Positions 54,955-64,000 of a DNA stretch of 64,000 nt are shown here, in pieces. The notes below the pieces were generated by a model that was not told where the DNA came from, did no database searches, and worked only from the letters and a program-made list of their open reading frames with translations. The DNA is from Octopus sinensis (taxonomy: Eukaryota): contig NC_042999.1 of assembly GCF_006345805.1 (NCBI RefSeq), positions 20,274,001-20,338,000 of the forward strand. The letters run 5' to 3'. Each line of letters starts with the position of its first letter. Position 1 is the stretch's first letter. A program made the translations under genes and the position numbers.

Positions 54955-55232
54955 TTATTTGAGGGAATATTAATCCTAGCTTATAGGGAAAAATTCAATT
55001 TAGAAATACTAAATCGAATTTAACACAATATAATATGTATATATATATAAATTAGAAAAAACACCTTTCATCAATTCAAAATGAACAATTAAATTACACA
55101 GTCTAGAAAATATATATAATATTTTATTATTATATTAATTTTAATATTTCTATTATATGTAATTTTCTAGATGGTGTAATTTAATTGTTCATTTTGAATT
55201 GATAAAAAGGTGTTTTTTCTAATTTATATATA
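54955..55232. repeat. AT-rich element with about 70-bp inverted arms (55041-55110 and 55161-55232)
   Basis: AATTAGAAAAAACACC..TCTAGAAAAT is mirrored; its left end resembles 21260-21330. Confidence 0.65.
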
Positions 55233-55286
55233 TATATATATATACTACATATGTATATATATAAATATATATATATATATAATTAT

Positions 55287-55330
<44 letters not shown>

Positions 55331-56113
55331 TATATATATATATAAATATATATATATACAAACACATATATACAATCACAAATGAACATAGAAACACGTA
55401 TGTGTTTGCGTATTTGTTAGAAAATGCACAAATATAAATTGAAAGAAGAGGATTTATTTCACTTGGCTGATAAATGGTATTTCATTTTCTTTGAACTGAA
55501 GCCAAACCAAATATTCTGATTATTTTCAATGAAGTCGAAACGAGCTTAAGAAATACACCCCGTTTGAATGGTATCAATTGCTCATCTTCGAATCATATTT
55601 AAACATTATCGAAAATGTCAGTGTTATTTCTTCAGAAAAATTCCATAAACCAATTTTTTAAAATCATTATGTATGTGTTCATTTTGTAGTTAGTCAATTC
55701 CTTTCTTTTTAGATTAATTTTACTACTGGTTTTTGTTTTGGTATTTTTCATGAATGTTTGACAGTTTTCGTGGAGGGTATGTGTGCAGAGGGTATGGGTA
55801 GTAAAATATTTGTAATTATAAGATTTCTTCAAGTCTAACTTTGTTAAAACTTTCTAAGAGTATAAAATGTAAATGTTACTTACAATATCTTTATAAATAC
55901 TTCTCGTTAAACACACTATTCGGTATACGCACTACTCGTTATACATATTTATCGTTCAGTTTACGAACTAAATCATTCTCTTCAATTCATTTTGAGATCT
56001 CTTTTATACGTGTCAGGCATTGGACTGGTGTCATGCTGGAGCACTTCATTGAAAGATTTAGACGAGCAAATGGCCGTTAGTATTTATGCTTTCCTTTTGT
56101 TTTGTATCTAGCA

Positions 56114-56674
56114 TTGGGTTGTCGGGAAAGTTCGTGTCGATTTTTAAAAGAAAGAAAAAGGTCAATAAATACTTGCTATTACATTTGTAATCAACCAATT
56201 ATGAACCATTTTGTTGCACAATGCGTCTCCATCTTTCCTTTAACTTGAAAATAACCTCTTCCAAGAATTGAGGTGGTTTCATGGCAAAGAATTCATCGAG
56301 GTATCTTTTCACGTCATCCAAGGAATTGAAATTTTTACCATTAAAAATTCAGAGATCTAAATAAGGGGAAATCCGAAGGAGCAATATCTGGTGAATATGG
56401 AAGGTGAGGTAACACATCCCAGTCGAGCTGCAGCAATTTTTTTCTGGTTCCCAAAGCATCAAGTGCCGAAAATAAACTTTCTTGTCTTCCATTTTAAAGG
56501 GTTACAGAATTAACACAGGTTATAGGAACATAAACCTTCTTCAATGAAAAGATAGCTAAAACTGTGCTCTAAATGGAGGTGTAGTGAAATCCTATTGTAT
56601 TGACTCAACCATGTTCTAAAATAAGTTGAAATGTAAGCTACTATAAATCAGCACAAACTTTCCGGACAACCCAA
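56114..56674 (-). mobile_element. Internally deleted mariner, copy 4
   Basis: Same TIRs and junction. Confidence 0.92.
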
Positions 56675-56900
56675 TACTTATTATATCAGCCTCTTTTGCC
56701 GAACAGCTTGCTTACGGGGAAGTAAACAAACACCATATTCCACAGAATATTCTTTAGAGGAAAATCAAATACTATATTATATTTTCTAATGATATTAACC
56801 AGTGATTTAAGCGTCATTTGCGATCTGGTCAGCCCAGTACATATACATGCGTGTGTGTAGGTGTGTGCATGGGTGTATGTATGTATGTATGTATGTATAT

Positions 56901-56955
<55 letters not shown>

Positions 56956-57099
56956 CATATATGGGTACAGGACGTCACCGACTTCGTAAGCAACATGGAA
57001 AACATAAACATACGAGTTAAATACGTAAAACAACGAGAAAAAAGGAAAAAAAGGACAAGTAACCGCAGAGAAAGGACCATTTCACGCATCCAATTCCAA

Positions 57100-57131
<32 letters not shown>

Positions 57132-57137
<6 letters not shown>

Positions 57138-57350
57138 TTAATCCAAACAAGAAAGCACAAAAAAACAACAACGCGAGGTCGTGGAACAAATATAGTATTA
57201 TTGGACGCTCAGGAATGAAGGGAAGCAGGAGGGTTTAACGTTTCGAGCGGAGTTGTTCGTCGGAAACATAGAAGGAAAGATCCATAAAAGGGAAGAGAGA
57301 GGAAAAAAATCGCCAACAGTACACACGAGGTCACATTTTGATACATGCAT
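57132..57350 (-). mobile_element. Family H2 element; degenerate hammerhead at 57233-57267
   Basis: GUUU CCGACGA ACAACUCCGCUC GAAA CGU U AAAC. Confidence 0.65.
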
Positions 57351-57684
57351 ATATATATATGTATATATATATATACATAATATGTATGTATATATATCCG
57401 TAATAATGAAGGGTGAAATTAATTATTTGGAATAATTATCAATTACACCAAGTAGTCTTCGGCATGAAAAAGCTCATTCGAGGAAAATTTAAGTAATACT
57501 AAGCAATAAAGGGTTTAGCAACGAATTGCCTTACCATATACGAATTTAGAAATAGCAGTCAAAGAGTTATAGCTATTTCTTCTACTAAAAAGGGAGATCT
57601 CAGTAAAAACAGCAATTGGAAGGCAGACACAAACAGGTAAGAGAGAATGAATTGACGGCAATCTATCATACAATTTTAAGTTAT

Positions 57685-57798
57685 CTACGGACGTACGTTT
57701 CGAAAATCAAGTTTTTAGGAAAGCATAAGAATTAAATATTAAAATATTAAATATTAAATAATTCTATCTCACCAAAACTTCTTTTCTCTTCAGCGTAG
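57685..57798 (-). ncRNA. Type I hammerhead with long stem II
   Basis: CUACG CUGAAGA GAAAA..UUUUC GAAA CGUACG UC CGUAG. Confidence 0.8.
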
Positions 57799-58304
57799 AA
57801 TACTATAATCATAAATGATTATATATTGAATTTTGAGATACTAGAAGGCACCAACTCAACTCAGTATCAGAGCGAGCTAGAATCCGCAACTAGTATCACC
57901 AAACTCAATGTTGAATGAAAAGATTGTGTCACCATCCCCTTCCCAGCGTGTAGCCAAAACAAGATGCTGTGGTTATCTACTGAGATTAAATATGTTATCC
58001 GTAATAATGAAGGGTGAAATTAATTAATTGGAATAATTATCAATTACACCAAGTAGTCTTCGGCATGTAAAAGCCTCATTCGAGGAAAATTTAAGTAATA
58101 CTAAGCAATAAAGGGTTTAGCAACGAATTGCCTTACCACATACCGAATTTAGAAATAGCAGTCAAAGAGTTATAGCTATTTCTTCTACTAAAAAGGGAGA
58201 TCTCAGTAAAAACAGCAATTGGAAAGCTCGCTCTGATACTGAGTTGAGTTGGTGCCTTCTAGTATCTCAAAATTCAATATATAATCGTTTATGATTATAG
58301 TATT

Positions 58305-58415
58305 CTACGCTGAAGAGAAAAGATGTCTTGGTGAGATAGAATTATTTAATATTTAATATTTATATTTAATTCTTATGCTTTCCTAAAAACTTGATTTCGA
58401 AACGTACGTCCGTAG
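58305..58415 (+). ncRNA. Type I hammerhead with long stem II (mirror copy)
   Basis: Stem I CUACG/CGUAG, palindromic stem III ACGUACGU, GUC cut site after 58410. Confidence 0.8.
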
Positions 58416-58583
58416 ATAACTTAAAATTGTATGATAGATTGCCGTCAATTCATTCTCTCTTACCTGTTTGTGTCTGCCTTCCAATTGCTGTTTTTACTGA
58501 GATCTCCCTTTTTAGTAGAAGAAATAGCTATAACTCTTTGACTGCTATTTCTAAATTCTGTATGTATATATAATATATAAATA

Positions 58584-58656
<73 letters not shown>

Positions 58657-58848
58657 TGTGTGTGTGTGTCTATGTTTGTGTGTATGTATATAATTAAGAG
58701 ACAAAATTTCTATTAATTAATTCAACTAATAGTGAAAGATATTATCTATCATAAATCACATAGAAAGAATTTAAATATAATAAATATTATTCTAAATTCA
58801 ATAAATTAAATAAACATTAAATCGACTACGCGCGTTCGCGTCATATAT

Positions 58849-58894
<46 letters not shown>

Positions 58895-59130
58895 ATATAT
58901 ATTATATATATTATGTGGTGTGTGTGTATTGTGTCCCTATTCAGTCATGAATGACTATGGGACTGCACCTAGAAAGTTACATTTCGAAGCACAAGTCCAG
59001 ACAAATTTGTTTACGGAAGATCAGCAGTTGCCCATGCATACCAGCATTCCCTCTCCACACAACCAATGTTATCTAAGGGAAAAGCAAAGGCCGATACAGC
59101 TTGGCACCAGTAACGTCGCAGCTAAACTGC

Positions 59131-59419
59131 CCCACAGACACGTGTACCCTTAACGAAGTTCTCGGGGAGATTCAGCGTAACACAGATTGTGACAAGGCTG
59201 GTACTTTGAAATACAGGTACAACAGAAAGAGGAAGAAAGAAAGAGTGAGAGAAAGTTGTGGTGAAAGAGTACAGCAGGGTCCACCACCATCCCCTGCCGG
59301 AGCTTCGTGGAGTTTTAGGTGTTTTCGCTCAATAAACACTCGCAATGCCCGGTGTGTGAATCGAGACCGCGATTCTACGACCGAGTCCGCTGCCCTAACT
59401 ACTGGGCCATTGCGCCTCC
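59131..59419 (-). mobile_element. SINE family D; SINE C fragment at 58940-59120 and SINE B tandem at 59570-59920 nearby
   Basis: Head GGAGGCGCAATGGCCCAGTAGTTAGGGC; shared modules as noted for other copies. Confidence 0.8.
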
Positions 59420-59445
59420 ACACACACACACACATACATACACAC

Positions 59446-59478
<33 letters not shown>

Positions 59479-60259
59479 CTGTCCACAACAAGCATTTTCT
59501 CTTCATATTCTAGACGTTTGAACAATTGTATATGTTTTATAATTTTTTATGGCTATTTTCTATCTAGGCACAGGGCCAGAAATTTTGGAAGAGAGAGCCA
59601 GCCGATTAGATCGACCGAAGTACTACACAACTGGAACTTAATTTATCGACACCGAGAAGATGAAAGGCAAAGTCGATTTCGGAGGAATTTGAACTCAAAT
59701 CGTCAAGACAAACGAAATACCTATTTCTTTACTACTCACAAGGAGCTAAACATAGAGGGGACAAACATAGACAGACAAATGGATTAAGTCGATTACATCG
59801 ACCTCAGTGCGTAACTGGTACTTAATTTATCGATCCCGAAAAGATGAAAGGCAAAGTCGACCTCAGCTGAATTTAAACTGACAACGTAATGGCAGCCGAA
59901 ATACCGCTAAGCATTTCGCATTTGTTTTCTGCCTATTTATCGAAATTATTACCCTACTCTGTGTATTATATATATATATATATAGATATAGATATATGTA
60001 TGTGCATATATATAATATATATATATATATATAATATATTAATTATATGAAAGAGAAAGATGAATAATCTTGTAGTAGATTAATCAAAAGTTTAACCGAT
60101 ACCTTAGTAGCAAAAATCACAGCAGTAAACAGCACGGTTGGAGGTACAACCATATGGTGTTGCAACCGTGCGTTGGTGCGGATAATTGAACTTAAAACAT
60201 TATGGTGAATTGAAGAAATGGAAGCTGAACGCAGATTGAACAGAAATCGTTTTATTTCA

Positions 60260-60340
60260 TTCTACACGTGTTTCGAAAGGCACAAATTACCAAAATCCGA
60301 TTGAATAATGGGACCATATTGTTGTCTTTCTCTTCAGGAA
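60260..60340 (-). ncRNA. Type I hammerhead with extended stem II in the PLE 3' region
   Basis: UUC CUGAAGA GAAAG..CUUUC GAAA CACGUG UA GAA. Confidence 0.8.
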
Positions 60341-60928
60341 GAAATAGGAAATCCGTTGGAAAAACAAAAACAGAACAGAGGCGGAGCAAAAACAATCGAA
60401 CTATGCTCCTAAGAGCCCATGGCGAAACTGTTTATCAGTGTATGTTGAGAACCGGTGGCTGAAGAATTTAACGGTCAGGCATCGGTCAATCATGTGGTGA
60501 GGGGTGGGTGGGTGTTCTTTGTGACCGAGAATAAAGTTCTGACTATTTAAGGAATATTGGATGTTTTATAAGGGCGAGAAAAAATCTACTTAGAGAGTGT
60601 GTGTGTGTATACTGTTCTATATATGTGTGTGTTGGCGTAGGGGTAGAAAACATTTTTTGTGTACGTGTGTGCGTTTGATCGTTCGGCTGTCAGTGGCTAC
60701 TGCCGCGAGAACCGTTGGGTGGCAGAAAAAAAAAAAATATATATTATGTTTTATGTGTGTGTGTGTTCATCTAAGCCTGCCTTGTCAAGGAACCCCCCGT
60801 GTGAAAAAACCAAGCCCCGTTTGCCTTACAGGAGTAATTCTTGCAGTGGTTAATCGTAGATATCTTAAAGGCTATTTCAGAATTTGTTACCAAGGGCTAT
60901 GGGTGTCGGTATTATTTATAAACGCTAT

Positions 60929-61285
60929 TTAAAAGCCAGATAAGTGTACCCGCCAATGGGGGCATCGAAAAGCCGACTGTAAAAGCCCGTTTACCATCCG
61001 GCCTCTTGCAAACAAAATATGGAAGAGTTCGGAGACACAAAGGTTTGCACTGCCTTCTGCCCCTATCAAATGGGAGGGCCACCGACAAAATTGACCATTC
61101 CAGCCTGTAGCTTAGTTCGTATCCTTCAGTCGCCATATTAGCTTACTGAGTCCCGTGGTCTGGCGCTGTTCATGTCCCGAAAAGTTGCGTAATGGTTGGA
61201 GACACGCAAAGACAATCTTGAGGATGGGCCCCTACATAAGTGAAGACATCTGAGTCCGTGTAAACCTTGCATTGGTAGACGGCGT
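60929..61285 (-). pseudogene. GIY-YIG endonuclease domain of a PLE, frameshifted, ending at the ORF stop
   Basis: AVYQCKVYTDSDVFTYVG..RLSLRVSNHYATF..; LEWSIL..ALPF..RRQC(N)LCVSELFHIL..CPH..stop at 60929-60931 after indel correction. Confidence 0.85.
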
Positions 61286-61328
61286 ACAGAAACTAATCCT
61301 AGCAGAATAAGATTCACGTCGTCGAACT

Positions 61329-61522
61329 CCAAGATCAAAAACGCCGTCTACCAACGCAAGGTTTACACGGACTCAGATGTCTTCACTTATGTAGGGGCCT
61401 CATCCTCAAGATTGTCTTTGCGTGTCTCCAACCATTACGCAACTTTTCGGGACATGAACAAGCGCCAGACCACGGGACTCAGTAAGCTAATATGGCGACT
61501 GAAGGATACGAACTTAAGCTAC
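61329..61522 (+). pseudogene. Inverted copy of the GIY-YIG N-terminal half
   Basis: KIKNAVYQRKVYTDSDVFTYVGASSSRLSLRVSNHYATFRDMNKRQTTGLSKLIWRLKDTNLSY reads in one frame. Confidence 0.85.
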
Positions 61523-61869
61523 ACGATCAAACGCACACACGTACACAAAAAATGTTTTCTACCCCTACGCCAACACACACATATATAGATCAGTATACAC
61601 ACACACACGTCTCTAAGTAGATGTTTTCTCGCCCCTTATAAAACATCCAATATTCCTTAAATAGTCAGAACTTTATTCTCGGTCACAAAGAACACCCACA
61701 CACCCTCACCCACATGATTGACCGATGCCTGACCCGTTAAATTCTTCAGCCACCGGTTCTCAACATACACTGATAAACAGTTTCGCCATGGGCTCTTAGG
61801 AGCATAGTTCGATTTGTTTTTGCTCCGCCTCTGTTCTGTTTTTGTTTTTCCAACGGATTTCCTATTTTC

Positions 61870-61949
61870 TTCCTGAAGAGAAAGACACAATATGGTCCCA
61901 TTATTCAATCGGATTTTGGTAATTTGTGCCTTTCGAAACACGTGTAGAA
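61870..61949 (+). ncRNA. Type I hammerhead (mirror of 60260-60340)
   Basis: Stem II GAAAG-A-CACAA/UUGUG-C-CUUUC, palindromic stem III ACACGUGU, cut after GUA (61946). Confidence 0.8.
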
Positions 61950-62346
61950 TGAAATAAAACGATTTCTGTTCAATCTGCGTTCAGCTCCATTTCTTCAATT
62001 CACCAATAATGTTTCATATATAATTATATATATATATATACTGTCCACAATATAAGCATTTTCTCTTTAAATTGTAGACGTTTGATTAATTGAATTATAG
62101 AAGTTATATATAAATTTAAATACTCAATGTGTTTTGCTATTTAGAGAAGCATTCTGTCAACGACTAACTGGGAACTCAATTTGCGCTGATGGTTTCAAGT
62201 GAATATGTATCATTATGGTTTAATGCCATCATTTTATCTTGTGATAGGTGAGCTTTGCAAACCGAAAATCTATTTTGTTATTTCCATTATACTTCACAAG
62301 AACCAATATTTTTTCTCCTTATATACATATATATTTACGTATAAGG

Positions 62347-62380
<34 letters not shown>

Positions 62381-63014
62381 TCTATAATATATATATATGT
62401 GTGTGTGTGTTTGAAAAAGTATATACAAAAGTATACAAATAAACGGGAACATATACGTGTATATATTATATATATATATATATTATATAACTAAATATAT
62501 ATATATATGTGTGTGTGTGTTTGAAAAAGTATATACAAAAGTACAAATAAACGGGAACATACGTGTATATATATATATTATATATATATATATATTATAA
62601 CTAAATATATATATATATGTATGTATATATATATACAAACACATAGATATACATAGATAAATATTTACACACTCACACGCACATACACACACACACACAT
62701 ATATATATGTCAATATGTGTTGTGTGTGTGTGTTCATGTGTGTGTGTAATGTAGGCAATAATCAGGAATTTATTCAAAATATTCTTTCAAATCACTATTA
62801 TAATGTCTATAATGCTTGAAAAATCATAACATAAAAGTAACCAAGAGTAGATAAGTAACCCCAAAACTACGTATGTATATATATATACATATATAAAGAG
62901 AGAGCGAGAGAGAGAGAGACAGGCAAGTAGATAGATAGATACATACACCCATCTATCCATAAATACATACATACACCCTACAATCCCACAAAACACACTC
63001 ATAACATATAACTT

Positions 63015-63097
<83 letters not shown>

Positions 63098-64000
63098 GGT
63101 AAACAGTAAAAATAATTACAGACATGGACAAGAACATGAAACACCACAGAGACGACACAAGAACCACAGGACGGGACATTCGAAGCCCTCAGTCATCAGT
63201 CAAGAACCAGATCATCTTAGCAATTTCGGCTGATTAATCTTGAGATTGCTCCGATATGGCCAGCCCGCCAAGGGAAATCTAAGCCAGGGCATTAGATCCC
63301 CTGGAAGAAAGCTTCGAATGTATACAACGCGAGGACGGAAAACGAACGAAGTACACAAACAAAAATACAGAATACGTGACACCAATAAGAATACAAAAAC
63401 GTAAAAACAATAACGGTAAAAATAAAAAATAAACAACAAAACAAAACCAGGACGTAGGACAAGGGTCTTTCGACAGGACGAGTTGAGTGTGGGGCTGGCT
63501 TGCTTGTGAAGTTGTGACTAATGGCCGCGGGGAGACGAACAAATACGTGTTGCTTCTGCGACTGCTGAAAACGAAAAGAGCGCTCAACAGCGGCTAGCGG
63601 TCACGTGAGAACAAAAGACAGGAGAAGGGACAGATGAAAAGAGAGAGAAGTGAACGAGGGAGGAGAAGAAAGAGACAGATCGAGGGGGCTGGAGGTGAGA
63701 GAGATAGAGAAACGTAGAAGGGGGGAGACGGATGGAGAGGAAAGAAAGGAAGGGGAATAAGGGAGGAGAGAGAGAGAGAGAAAAAAAGGACAGATTAAGA
63801 GTCGTATCAATGCTAGAGAAAAAATATACTTATCGTATAAGGACAATTCTGGATACGTAGCCGCCGATTATATATGGTAAACAGTAAAAATAATTACAGA
63901 CATGGACAAGAACTGAAACACCACAGAGACGACACAAGAACCACAGGACGGGACATTCGAAGCCCTCAGTCATCAGTCAAGAACCAGATCATCTTAGCAA
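63098..64000. mobile_element. TA-inserted element with a direct repeat (63098-63223 / 63876-64000, runs off the window)
   Basis: Near-identical repeats 778 bp apart; carries CAACGCGAGGACG, also seen in H2 elements (GAGGTCG variant at 57171). Confidence 0.6.

Larger units (their letters stand above)
57396..58558. mobile_element. PLE-like partial tandem plus inversion in (TA)n
   Basis: Direct repeat 57396-57621 / 57997-58224; 58225-58558 is the reverse complement of 57542-57878. Confidence 0.82.
60040..62030. mobile_element. Penelope-like element 3' end as a head-to-head inverted pair in (TA)n
   Basis: 61341-61522 mirrors 61107-61285 and 61523-62020 mirrors 60195-60682; GIY-YIG remnant and hammerheads point outward. 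Confidence 0.88.

Overview
AT-rich eukaryotic DNA made almost entirely of repeats and microsatellites. The SINE types and the extreme (TA)n/(TAA)n/(TATC)n density suggest a cephalopod such as Octopus, but this is inference. There is no intact host gene; one 93-nt exon candidate with CUB-domain-like spacing lies at 18813-18905. The window holds a decayed near-full-length R4/Dong-clade non-LTR retrotransposon (32253-35984) and about eight further R4 fragments, most of them abutting (TAA)n. It also holds four copies of one internally deleted mariner, two non-autonomous Helitron families, at least four tRNA-derived SINE families and an RTE fragment. The most notable layer is invisible in the ORF track: about 15 type I hammerhead ribozyme motifs of several architectures (compact, long stem II, minimal with variant core). 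They sit in (TA)n-inserted short elements and fold-back palindromes, and one palindrome still carries a Penelope-like GIY-YIG endonuclease remnant (60929-61522), which links them to Penelope-like elements (PLEs). All ribozyme calls are folded by eye and activity is untested. Most short ORFs in the track are microsatellite artefacts.
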